The notes under the pieces: generated by a model | Database searches by the model: none | What the model was told of the DNA's origin: nothing | Seen by the model: the letters and a program-made list of their open reading frames with translations, nothing else | Assembly (NCBI GenBank): GCA_012295275.1 | Contig: CM022665.1 | Coordinates: 23,374,001-23,438,000, forward strand | DNA from: Chrysomallon squamiferum | Lineage: Eukaryota > Animalia > Mollusca | Direction of reading: 5' to 3' | DNA length: 64,000 bases | Made by a program: the position numbers and the translations under genes | Shown here: positions 49,192 through 61,931 of the stretch, one piece after another | How positions within the stretch are numbered: the stretch's first letter is position 1 | Layout of the letters: every line of letters starts with the position of its first letter

Positions 49192-52100
49192 TCAACCAAG
49201 AATATCTTTGAGCATAATATGGTGCTTTAAGACTTGTGGAATTTCAAGTGCTTGAGTTTTTTCAGCCACATTTTTGCCAAAATGCTGGCGAAAGAAATTC
49301 CTGCAGAGGGAGAGAAGTCGAACTGGTGTACATTTGTAGTAACGCAGCAGACTGCTGAATGGTTCATTATCAGCAGCAGCCTCAGGCATGTCATCAAGAA
49401 TCCACTCTTCCTTTGCTACATCGTACCCAGCAGAAATTAACAACATTGCTGCTTCTGGGGCATTCCTGGCAGCAGCCACCCAAAGAGGTGTCCTTGGCGT
49501 TTCATAAATGTAAGTAACTACATCTGACTGGTAATGCTGGTTAACACCTACACTTGGTACACACAAATCAACATTCTTTTCAAGAAGCAATTTGATTACT
49601 GCAGTATTTTTACAATAAACTGCATTCCAAAGGGGAGTGACATAGACTCGGTTCTTGGCATCAGGGTCTGCACCATGTTTCAGAAGGAGCTTAACTGACT
49701 CCACATCACCATTGTATGAAGCATAATGGAGAGGTGTGTCCAAATCTTTATCAGAATTGTCTACATCACAACCATAAGGTAGGAGCAGTTCAATAACTTG
49801 GGGGTGTTTTCCATGTGCAGCCAAAGATAATGGTGTATTTTTATCAGCTGTTTTTGTGTCGTGAGGTGCCGAGTGCTTTAGAAGTGTTTCTACTGATTCT
49901 ACATGACCATTCCAAGATGCAATGTGAATAGCAGAATAATGGTGATTGTTGGTGCTCGATATCTTGGCACCTTTCTCAAGAAGTAGGTTAATTATCTCCC
50001 AGCTGTTGCTGTATGCTGCAACAACCAGAGCTGGGAAACCATCATCTGGTATGTGATTGGGATTTGCTCCAGCTTCTAAAAGCATGCTCACAAGGTCCAC
50101 ATCCTCTATAAAACAAGATAAAAAACAAATACAGTACAGTTATTTAATTAATGGTTACTGGTTTGCTGAAAGTTTAATTAATTTACACATCTAAAATAGT
50201 TTTTTATTTGAAAATATGTCCCAAATTATCAAAAATAACAAACCATATAAAACTTTTAAATGAACTTCATTTCAGATGGAATTTTATTTTTAGAGATTTT
50301 GGTTGGTTAGATTTAAATTTAACAGATTAATGCATAATTATTGAATTACTAAAATATCTTAAATGATATCAAAATTTTATTTATGTCTTTATTTGCAATT
50401 ACAGTCTGTTACACCAGTATATCTCAAGTAATTTCTGAAAGCATAATCATCTTTATATGAATTACCTTTGATAGTAACTTACCTCTGTAGACAGCAAACT
50501 GCAGTGCTGTTTCACTGCGACAGTCAGTTACATCAACTTCTGCACCATTTGAAAGCAAAATTTTAGCTATATCTGCAAAGCCCAGCCTAATAGCATGCAT
50601 TAGTGCTGTGATGCCTCTAATATCCTTTGCATTAGGATTAGCACCAGACTGTAACAGCTGAGTCACAAATTCAGCATGTTCCATTCTGGCTGCAATGATG
50701 AGAGGTGTTTCATTACGGAAATTTGGCATGTTGACATCAATATGTGGGACACTCATCAACATGTTGACAATTGTGACCTTGTTGTCGAGCAAGGCTTCCA
50801 TCAGTGGTGTATGTTTTTCCATTTTTGATCTGTGATTAATATTGACTCCAAGTGTGAGGAAATACCTTACAAGATTTATGTCATTTTTCATGACTGCAAT
50901 GAAAAGTGGGGTGTATCTGCATGTTGTTGTCTTTTTGTCCACTGTACATCCATGTTGTACTAGAAATTTGAGCAACTGCAAATCTCCCATTGAAGTAACA
51001 ATGTGAGACAAATACTTAACGACTTGTCTTGTAACAGGTGTGTCGTGATCAACCAAACACTGACATTTCCCAGTTTGGACAAGGTCAAGAATTTGCCCAA
51101 GACGCCCTCCTTGCATGTCATCAGGTCGATGAGGATGCTGTTCAAACTGGCGAGCACAGCTACATCCTCGCAGACACTCTGAAAAATGGAAATACTAACA
51201 TTTTTATTTTAATTCTCCAAAATATACTTAGCTAAGTACAAAATAAATTACATCTTATTTTGTTTCTGACATTAGTACAAAATTAACTGTTTAATATTAT
51301 ATATTCTATCAATACATTACACTTCATGAAACTAAAATAGGTAGATAAATTATACTGATATACTAATTATGTACCACACACCAATAACAATGGGTTTATT
51401 CAGGTGGTTTTGATGGTTTTTCAGTTTTTCCTTGTCACCACAGATTACTGCTCGATACAGCTCAACGTAAAGTCTTCGCATTTCTGAAATGTACAACATT
51501 AAGTTATAAGGTAATAATAATATCAAATAACGACTGTAACTGCCTGCAAAAATATTTTATTTTATTATTATTATTATTATTATTATATCATTACTGCCTG
51601 TAAAATTTCAGCAAAATAGTTTCAGGATGTTTGAGTATTTGAATTTCAAATAATATCTCATAAATGAGCAATATATGTTTCATACTGCAAAAATCACACT
51701 CTTGCATCTTTGGTAAACTACGTAAATAATATATTAAATAAAAGACCTAACTCAAATGAATTTGACATAAACTTGCATACATACATATACATGCAAATGC
51801 ATTTATTGATATATAAAACAGTAAAAACAGACGATACATACATGCACAACGAAATACTATGTACAAATACTTAAAATCACATATACAGCAAAACTATTTT
51901 AAATCACAAAATTTCTACCAAAAAAATTGGCCACTTCAAAAACAATTTTTTTTATATATATATATGCTATACCATTTCTTTCCTTAAATGTATTCAGATG
52001 TAGCCTTAAAATTTACAGCGTCGAACATTCTGGCAAATTTTTTCAGCTTTTATAAGTAATTATGCCCCAGATATTGGGAATTTTTTTCTCTAGCATTTTT

Positions 52101-53091
52101 TAACCATTTCAAAGGTGAAACAAGTATATTTTAAATTTCTCCTCTTCTTCTGTTTTTACATTTAGCACCAAACTTTAAATAACCTTCTTGAATCAATAGT
52201 GGATTTCTAATCCATGTTGATAAAGTAATTGAAGGGGAAATTGTTTTCCGCAGCATTGTTTTTTTTTTATAGATTTAACACCTGTCTCCACCTCCATTAA
52301 CACTTTGTATTTTGATTCAGTATTTTTTGTCATCAACTTTCTGTTCATGCAGCAATTTTCTGTCCCCAATCCAATAATACCCTCATTGCTGGGTCCTTCA
52401 CCAGATTGCTTGGATAACATAAAAGCAGATATTTTATTTTAATACATTATCCATTTTCATTTTTTAATATTTTAAATACATATTGTTGGATTTTTCTGTG
52501 TATGAACAACTGTTTACTCGTTATTGAATAATTAAAACAAAACAATGAAAATTAAAAATATTGTTTAGTACAGTCCAAATGTTTTACCTTCAGAAACTGA
52601 AATATTTACTTCTGCATCATCATCCTGGAATTAAAAAAAATATATAATAATAACCTAAACGTATCCAGTATATTTCACCATCTACCAGTTACTTAAGACA
52701 TATTATTAAAATCATTAATTCATTAAATAAATGTCTTTATTATTCTCTCAGAAGACAAAGTCATTTTGAATTGAAAAGTAAATTTAGAAAATTATATTAT
52801 TTGCTTTTATGTACTGATTTACCTGTTCATAATTTGCTATTAAATATTTAGAATTTATCCATTATAAATAATTAAGAAAAGAATATAAATAAATCACAAT
52901 TTTTTTTTTTTAAGTCTTTAAAATATATTTACCAGTAAAGCTTATTAGAATGGTCATACTGAGAAGGTGCACCTTATATAAATTATAATTTGTGCCTAAA
53001 TATAAAAAAATGCCTCCAAACTTACAGCATTTTCATCCATTGATGTTTGTCTGAAATATCTTGATAACATATCAAAATCATTGAGATCCAT
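49192..53091 (-). CDS. Ankyrin repeat and SOCS box-containing protein (ASB family, ~604 aa), 5 coding exons
   Basis: Exons 53091-53026, 52624-52588, 51483-51382, 51178-50483 and 50105-49192 join in frame (1815 nt). More than ten ankyrin repeats (TPLFIAV, TPLMEAL, TPLIIAA, TALMHAI, TALQFAV, SAIHIAS, TPLSLAA, TPLHYAS, TPLWNAV) and a C-terminal SOCS box (PVRLLSLCRNFFRQHFG..ALEIPQVLKHHI). The start codon and N-terminal exons are less certain. Confidence 0.88.
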
Positions 53092-53814
53092 AATTTGAAT
53101 AACTTCCTGAAATAAAAAAAATATGTATGTCTAATATAATCAGTTAAAATGGTATTGTTCTAAGAGCCTATTTTAATTCTGATAAACACACATTAAACCA
53201 AATGGTCAACAATTATAAATGTTTCCTCAAAAATAAATATATTAGAAATTATGCAATAAAAAATGTAATATCAGTTATTCAGTAGTATTTTACACATTCT
53301 ATGATGCGCAATAAAGTAAAATAATGAATGTACATGTGTAAATTGTTTTTATTCAGAAAATACTATATATACTAATCCATAAGATATACCTAAATGGGAT
53401 AACTTCTGAAACAATTTTAAATATAAATTAACAATATGAAAACCCACAAGTTTCACACATTTAAGAAATGTGACCAGTTCAAGACATCAGTGCTTACTAA
53501 TATTTTTAAAGTACATTTGCTGATGATAGTTCAGTCATAGCATTTAACAGCAGTGACATTAAAAATGGAACACCATCTGCAAAAATACCAAATACTGGCT
53601 ATCAGTCAAACTCATATTTACTCTGTGTGTGCGTGTGTATATCATATATGTGTGTCTGTGTTATATAACAAACAGATAAATAGAAAAGTACTTGCATACT
53701 GTTAACCTCTTGTGAAACCAGACATGAACATAAATTTCTTTGCTTTTTTTTTTTTTTTTTTTTTTTATTTAATCTGTCATAAAAAAAGAGAGAACATTTT
53801 AAATTGTCCAAATG

Positions 53815-53846
<32 letters not shown>

Positions 53847-54249
53847 AGACGAAAGAAATAAGAAATCTTCATATCTATGATTCCTGTATGAAAGACTGAC
53901 AATTCCAAAATGCATAAACATTTATTTTATTATTATTATTTTAGTAAATAAAATAAAACTGAAAATTATTCAGAAACTGACTTGGCGGCTTGGCTTATGT
54001 TATGGCTGTGGAAAATAAATTTACCGATTTCAGTGATAATGATAGTAACAGATGTTTTACACATATTTCATTGCCCTAAAAAGGAACAGTCATGATACCC
54101 TGACTTGAAGCGAAAAGTAATCAACGGTTCCAAATGCGCTTTTTGTTACGAAAAATGAATCTGTTTGTAAATTAGATGTAAGATACAATTCTATAAATTC
54201 CAGATTCCTGATGCTGCAATAACTTGAATAAAACGATCATGATGATGCG

Positions 54250-54600
54250 CAATCACTTACCTACTATTTAAAATATTATAAAGTTTATTCCATGTTAATT
54301 ATAAAATACGTTAAATACCTTGTGATGGAATAAATACTGTGAAATTTTATTTGGCAACCAAATAATGAAAAGGTCAAAATTTTTGGTCGCTCGTCTGCAT
54401 CTTGTTATGTTACGATATCAACACGGAAGACAAACTGCTTTCAACTGAAAAATGCGCTTCGCTTCCTTGTAATAAAACAAAAAACCAAGGGAAAATGAAT
54501 ACCAGTGCAGCATTTTTCGGAATTTTTCGGATTATGTTTTTTAACATTCGGAAAATGCCGGAACTATTCTCTGGAGACCCCGCAAAAGAATAAGAGAGGT
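54250..54600 (-). promoter_or_regulatory. Probable promoter and non-coding first exon(s) of the ASB gene
   Basis: Strong minus-strand donor TAG|GTAAGT at 54261/54260 and another (AAG|GTATTT) near 54318. CpG retention begins here, with repeated TTCGGA/CCGGAA motifs at 54515-54562. Confidence 0.45.
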
Positions 54601-55569
54601 AACCATACTGTAAAAACGGCCTGTACTTTCATTCTTGTGAATAATGAAGCTCATCTGCTACATGGAGGTCGTTTGGCGAAGAAAGGAGGGGCATACCCAC
54701 CCCATCCCCTTCAAAAAAAATAATGAATAATTATAATGTACCAATAAAATAGTTACGTAATTATTATACGTAGTTTTAATCACCAATGAATGACATAACG
54801 TAAAAGGTTTGGAACTGTACATTTCACTCCAACGTTTTGGAGTTAAATTATACAGTTAAAGCTATAATAATCTGTATTTTTTTAGAAAGGAATGGATGGA
54901 AGATTTACAACATTCAAACTGTTTTCAGTCTCCGTTTGTTAACACCAACCCCAGCTTTTGATTATTGTTACTACTACTACTATTAGTACATTATTATTAT
55001 TTTAGTTATTTAGTTAAATTGTCAAATAAGACTATAATACTTCAGTACGAGAAGAAACATAACTCAGATGTTACAAAAAAATGTTTTTGGTAATAGTTGT
55101 TTCCCTTATTTCAATTTCACATATCTAAAGTGAGCCGCACGCGGCCCAGGGACATTATAATTTGTAGGTTCAGTTCTCTGCGCATGTCAGATTGTTTTTA
55201 AGTCATTGTTATCAGAGAATTTGGTATGTGATTACATGAAAGATTATGACAGATTATTTGCTGCTGCTACTTGATAATACTTTTGTTGAAGCGTCGTCAT
55301 TAGAAACATTAGTTTTTTCTTCCCCATGTGAAAACATGGTTTTTAAAAGAGACATGGCTGGGCTCATCTGACTATTGTTCTTCAATAGCATTTTAACTTT
55401 TCAAAAATATGAAATTTAGTTATTTTCTGGTGTGGTAAAAGTCTGATTTTTTTTAAAATAGTTATTATTAAGAATAACAACTAATGCTAACATTGATCTT
55501 CTTATTATTACTGATTTATTTTGTTATAATTGTTGTTGTTGGTTTTTTTCTGTTGTTATTTAAGTATGC

Positions 55570-55800
55570 ATTATTATCATCACTATCACTATTACAACCC
55601 AAATTACTGAAACTAATATAGCTGTTACCACTATCACTGTAGCTATTGATACTATTACTATTACTACTTCTAGTGTTTCTACCATTACTACTACTTCTGT
55701 TACTACCACGACTACTATAACTACCACCATCACTACTACTACTGCTACTACCACTATTATTAGTACTACTCAACAACTACTATTACTACCTTTATTACCA
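55570..55800. repeat. Degenerate (ACT/ACC/ATT)n trinucleotide tract
   Basis: Seen directly; explains the low-complexity ORFs 55516-55776 and 55560-55754. Confidence 0.85.
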
Positions 55801-56284
55801 GTACGACAGTAATTATTCTTGAAAAGGTATAGGTAATTTGCTTTTCTAAGTGTTCTTAATATTATAAAGTCACAGACATACAAGAAATGTTTATGTTGTG
55901 CGTCCGTTGTATAGATATAATACATCTGGGTAGTAGCAAATTGTGTTACATATTATATGCATAATTACACACACACACGAATAAAAAAAATATATGTACA
56001 TATCCACATAAATAAATTGCAGTTTTCTACAGTTACTAAATATTACTAAAATAAAGTAATGTTATGAAGGATTAAACCAAAATTATAATAATAATTAAAA
56101 TAATAAGAACAACAACCACAATAATAAATAAATCTATATAAAAAAATAAACAAAATAATAAAATGCATAATAATAACAGTAATAAAACCTAATCGTTTTC
56201 TGTATCGTCTGTTTATATTTTTTTTTTTTTCCAACGCTTTTATTTGCTTGCTAATGTAGAACACACATTCTATGAATAATAAAT

Positions 56285-56286
<2 letters not shown>

Positions 56287-56358
<72 letters not shown>
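56287..56358. repeat. Interrupted poly(T) tract
   Basis: Seen directly. Confidence 0.9.
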
Positions 56359-56999
56359 CTTTCTTTTAATTTTTATGCTTTAACAACAATTCCCAAGTAT
56401 GAACTATTACGTAATTACACTACAGCACAGTTTTAAATTATTTAAGATCAAGTTATAATGGATATTTCATCAGGGAACCAGGCTGCTATAACGTTTTAAT
56501 AATATCGTGATTAATCTTCTTTTTTTTTTTTCTTTTTTAGTTTTTTGAAGGGGTGTGTTTTCTTTTTAAGAAATGGTGCATCGGGCCAACGAATTTCAAG
56601 ATTTACAGAAAAATCTGAAATTCTAATAATATTAATAATAATAACAAAGAAATTATTAAATTTATGTAACACTTATAGTAAGCAATATCTATCTGTGTAT
56701 GTATGATAACAATAAAACTATTACTATAACGATAATGAATAAATAAAATTATATATATATATATTATTTTTTTAATTATTTATTTATTTATTTATTATCA
56801 GTTTTGTTCTGTTTAAGTATATAAACAATTTATATCCTTTTTAAAATGTTATTTATTAAAAAAGAAATTCTACGCTAAAATTTTATTAATTAAAAACATT
56901 TTTTCATACAAATATAAAAAGAAAAATCGGCACCGAGCCAAAAATAACACCAAAATGACTAGATCTAAGGGTAACATTTCAATAAATGAAATATTGATA

Positions 57000-57760
57000 A
57001 CCGAAACCCCTTTGAACCACAAAATGTCGCTTATCCGATTAATGTGCCAGCTTCACAATTAGATGTATAAAAGGGGAGCCTTTTCTCAATTACTCCACGG
57101 AAATATATCAAAACCGGGGCTTATGAATCAATTAGCTATCTAGGATAATCTAATAAAAACGAACAAATTAGTTATTGCTGCAGACAATAATTTTGTAAAC
57201 GATATATCCAGCAAGTTGAGATATTGCTTCCCCCAGTGAATCTGACAATGGAATGTTCATTTCGCCTCAAAAGAGGAAAATGCAATATCCGTGATAATAC
57301 GGGACAGTGGCGCTGGTTTTGTTAAGGCCAATATCAATAACTGGAGCTATAAAATTCAAGATGAATTAAGGATGACAAGTCTTTTAATGATAATTGAATT
57401 AACATTAGCGGTAAGTCGAACAGCCACTGGTTATTGCATGGTTATCGCTGTGGGGAAACTAATTTCTGCTTTTATTTCGGGTGAGCCGATTATCAACGTC
57501 CATTTTGTTTGTGTATCTGTACATCTGTGTTCTAGAATCTGTCTGCATCCCAGTACGTTTGTCTGCATAATCTGTGCACTGGTACATCTGCAGTGGGGCG
57601 GTGGGGCGGCTAGGGATTATTATAATATAAGCCTGGTGTGTGATAGGCAGCACGATCGATCCTCGTCACTTCGCTGTCATGGCTACTTTCCCTTCCAATC
57701 AGTATTCCACGATTTTCATACTTATCAAAGGTTGTGGAACGTGCTTTCTATCTATTAGAA
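57000..57760. promoter_or_regulatory. Complex non-coding island (enhancer or promoter-like)
   Basis: Non-repetitive, CpG-retaining and rich in TAAT/GGATTA cores. Two GGGGCGG boxes followed by TATAATATAA at 57621-57630. Confidence 0.4.
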
Positions 57761-58118
57761 GATGCATATAAAAACCATTTACTGTTAATCGATAGTACTA
57801 GCAAAAACGCAATGTGGTTACTCTTTTTTTCTTTCTTTCTTTTTGTCAGTTTTATTTACTAGAAAAACGTGTGACTTAATAGCCATTAATAATAAAATGT
57901 GCTGATATGTTAAAAATGTATTTTTTCTGGTCCATCTGAAACGTGTTTCTATCAGTCTCTGTCTGCTATATGTTTACTATGTTTATCTTATTAAAGATAA
58001 CTGTTCACTTTACTTGTCTGCATAACTATTTTGAGCTATATTGTAATAACTGTATAGCAGTACCTTTGGTATTTGTTTTAATTTGTTAGTCTTTACAAAA
58101 AAAAAAAAAAGTGTTTTT

Positions 58119-58166
<48 letters not shown>
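58119..58166. repeat. (TG)n(TA)n microsatellite
   Basis: Seen directly. Confidence 0.9.
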
Positions 58167-58172
<6 letters not shown>

Positions 58173-58379
58173 AAAAGATTTTATTCACAGCGCTTTCTTT
58201 ATTAAAATTGTGTATTAAATTTTATTCCATTGATTTTACTTTTTCATTGTGTCTTTAAATTTGTCTACGTTCTTTCCTGCTTCTCTATAGACGTACTGGC
58301 GTAAACAGGACAAGCTTGGTTTAATTTTTTATTTTTTTTTTAATTTAATTTTATTTTTTTTTTTTAAATATTTTTTATA

Positions 58380-58384
<5 letters not shown>

Positions 58385-58418
<34 letters not shown>

Positions 58419-58424
58419 TATTTA

Positions 58425-58470
<46 letters not shown>

Positions 58471-58481
58471 TATTTATTTTA

Positions 58482-58544
<63 letters not shown>

Positions 58545-58545
58545 T
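58385..58545. repeat. Compound (ATT)n microsatellite
   Basis: Seen directly. Confidence 0.9.
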
Positions 58546-58893
58546 TTTGTTTTTTTTGTCTTTTCGTATTATAATTATTTGGATAATACCCGTTTATGTT
58601 TGTATATCTTATTCAGTCATGTCTGAAAAAAACACAGTTTGCCAGTGTTTGTGTATGTCAGTTTATCTTCCAAAGCAGACTCAAATAAAGGATGTTTGAC
58701 GAGTGACAAGAAAAGAAAAAGAAAGAAAAAGAAAATGAATATTCTTTTACTGACTAATCAGTTAAATCACAAGAGACTGACATACATACATTTTTGGTAC
58801 TGAAGACAAAAGACATAAATATGTTAATATGCATTCTTAATAATATTTCACTATGAATAATAATGTATGTTACATAGTTCGTTCACTCTAAAC

Positions 58894-58894
58894 A

Positions 58895-58954
<60 letters not shown>

Positions 58955-59026
58955 TAATAATAATAAATAAATAAATAAATAAATAAATAAATATATAAAT
59001 AAATAAATAAATATATATATATATAT
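58894..59026. repeat. Compound (AAT)n/(AAAT)n/(AT)n microsatellite
   Basis: Seen directly. Confidence 0.9.
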
Positions 59027-60960
59027 GTATGTACTTAATGAACCATAGCAGGCCCGCAAGATGCAGGGTGGGAGGGAGCACCCCTGTCTGGATCTGGACC
59101 TAAACATCACTGAACACATGTGTTAACTTTACATGTTTATTTGTTTATATATAAATATTAATAGACTGTGGAAAACATATATGTTTGCTTCTCCCCATCG
59201 CTAACTCACTGCCCGAAAACACGGCGTATATGGTATTATGAACAGACTAAACATGCCAGCAAAATTATGTTGCCCTCAACAACAATTTTACACGCTCCGT
59301 TTACTTTTATTATAATATGTCTATAAATAATATTAATATACGTATGTTACGATATATTCTGAAGATAATCTGACTATATATAATAAAGTATTTTATATAC
59401 TCCATAAATTTCAAGCTTAACAAAATCTAATTACAGGCAATGATGTATGTTACTATGCAACCATAACAGATTCGTATTATTAATTTTAATAATACATATT
59501 ATATACTTCACGTGCTCCATTTTGAATTTTACTGCATGAGCTATAACATAATCTGATTATAAATAACAACGTGTGTTATATATGCCGTGTGCTAAAAATG
59601 TATTTTGGTGAAGAAAACAAAACACAAAAATATATATATATATATGTATGTCCTATTCGTCTTGTAACTTTTATCCTTATAAGACTGCAAATTAACAGTG
59701 TAGTTCACAAACTTTTGTCTGAGTTTACAACTTATACTCTAAACTATATCTGACAAAAAACCAAAAAAAAAAAAACCCAACAACAATCACTTATCTTTTA
59801 ATTTGTATAAGCTGAGTAATCAAAACGGAATTTGAATAAAACAAATGCATGTTAAAGAAGAATCTGACAATTAAAATCACTCCTGTTTGAATTATACCGT
59901 GCGTATTCTAAACGTAATTTGTGTATAAATAATAACGTACGTTGTATTAAATAGTATACGTTCGTGTACCCTATGGACGTAGGAGACTTCATCCAAGTAT
60001 AGCTGACACTGCAGAGTTCACACGATATGCCCATTAGCTTATCTCCGTGCTACCCCGTCTCCCCATGCTCGCAGCTAATAACAAATACGCGATGTGTCAA
60101 AACTTTGGAACACAACTAGCAATTTAAAAGTATGGGAAACTAAATATTTACTCACGCCACGAAGTGCAGTCATGCTAATTGGCAGGGAGGAACCATCCTA
60201 ATTTTGTTTAGATATTGTGAGGCGAGATTCGCAACGGAGCGTGAAGAGTTGTTATGTCGAGTAAATTTTCAGTTTCTTATTTATTTATTTATTTATTTAT
60301 TTTAGTTATTTAGTTATTAAGAAAAACAACATCACTAATAATAATAATAGTAAAAATAACGTCATTATCATCATCGTCATCATTGTCATCATCATCATCT
60401 TCTTCATTATTGTTATTATTATTATTACATTTTTATTTTTATTATTATTATTATTATTAATAATAATTGTTCTTAATTTTATCAAGCTACAAAATATTCA
60501 CTATATAAAACGAAATAACGACAAAAAGAAATAAACAGTACGCCCTAAAAGAATTCCTCTTTTCTTCTATTTTAAAAACAAAACATCACTTAATTAGGAA
60601 ATAAAAGATTTCCCAGTAACAAATATTAAGTAATATGCATCATTAAAAAGTGTTTATTAGAGATTTCTTTAATCATTCTTAATTTAATTACTCAAGAGGA
60701 CTACAATAGCAAGACTAATAATATTTTGTAATAATAATAAGAGCAGCATTTACTACTATTAATACCACTACTACTAAAACAACAATTGCTACTACTACTA
60801 TTAGAATGCTGCTACTACTACTACTACTAAAACTACTTCTACTAACAGTGAAAAAAGAAAAGAAAAGGGAAACAAATTCATTTGCTTAACCGAATCAGTT
60901 ATATTTTCAAGTTATCATTTTAAATTAATAACAAAATTTAATTTTGATTTCCTTTTTATA

Positions 60961-60962
<2 letters not shown>

Positions 60963-61031
<69 letters not shown>
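60963..61031. repeat. (CT)n microsatellite
   Basis: Seen directly. Confidence 0.95.
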
Positions 61032-61034
<3 letters not shown>

Positions 61035-61553
61035 CGCACACAAACACAACATTACAGTCGATTCTTTATTCAACGGAAATGCTTTAATTATTTAACTTTT
61101 CTTTAAGACGTATTTCGTTAGCAAACATCATCTGTACCTAAGATGCATTAAAAATAATAATAAACACAGAACGTTTTCAAAAAATTTAATGTACAGTCGG
61201 ACCTCCCTGGCTGAAGATACATTTAAAACACATTTCGTAACTTATGGTATTTACAGCAGATTAACTGTTCGGAGGTAATTATCTTTTCATCTTCTACGTG
61301 GCTAGCTCTCGCAAAATCTCGTAACTTCGCACACCGCACGTGTTGCTTAATTTGTTTGTTGAAAGCATGTCACCTTCTAACCCGATAATTATGATTGGCG
61401 GTTTAGAGAGTTTCTTGAAATCGACAAGCAAATTAGGGCCAGCTGAAGGATTACAAATGTTGTAAAATGTCGTAATCATCAGATAAACAAGCTATTTGCT
61501 GTATTATTTTTGTTAACAGCGTAAGATGTGCCCATCTGGACACCAGTACAATG

Positions 61554-61586
<33 letters not shown>

Positions 61587-61608
61587 CAACATCGGAAATG
61601 TATATTAT

Positions 61609-61645
<37 letters not shown>

Positions 61646-61861
61646 TTCATAAAACATATGTATGTTTATACATGCTACCAACCGTCTATTTTTTTTTTTT
61701 TTTTTTAACATTATTTATGTATTCAATATTCCTTTCTTCTTCTTTTTCTTAATATTAATATTAATTTGACTAATTTAATATTGCCACCTTTTAAAACAAT
61801 TATTTGACTAATTATCATTTTTGGCAAAGTTATTTTTTATGACTTATTCTGGATATTGTTA

Positions 61862-61866
<5 letters not shown>

Positions 61867-61928
<62 letters not shown>
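61867..61928. repeat. (CT)n microsatellite
   Basis: Seen directly. Confidence 0.95.

Positions 61929-61931
<3 letters not shown>

Noticed and set aside
55516-55776. Ser-rich and Val-rich ORFs (also the poly-Y/I/F/K ORFs at 46844, 58851, 58883, 61451, 61526)
   Set aside because: Translations of microsatellites and homopolymers.
56956-56978. TGACTAGATC, matching the miR-279 5' end (also TGTCATGG at ~57676, miR-281 seed)
   Set aside because: The match stops after the seed region and there is no precursor hairpin.
57291-57758. 155-aa ORF
   Set aside because: GTG start, no recognisable domain and no supported splice context; better explained as a GC-richer non-coding island.
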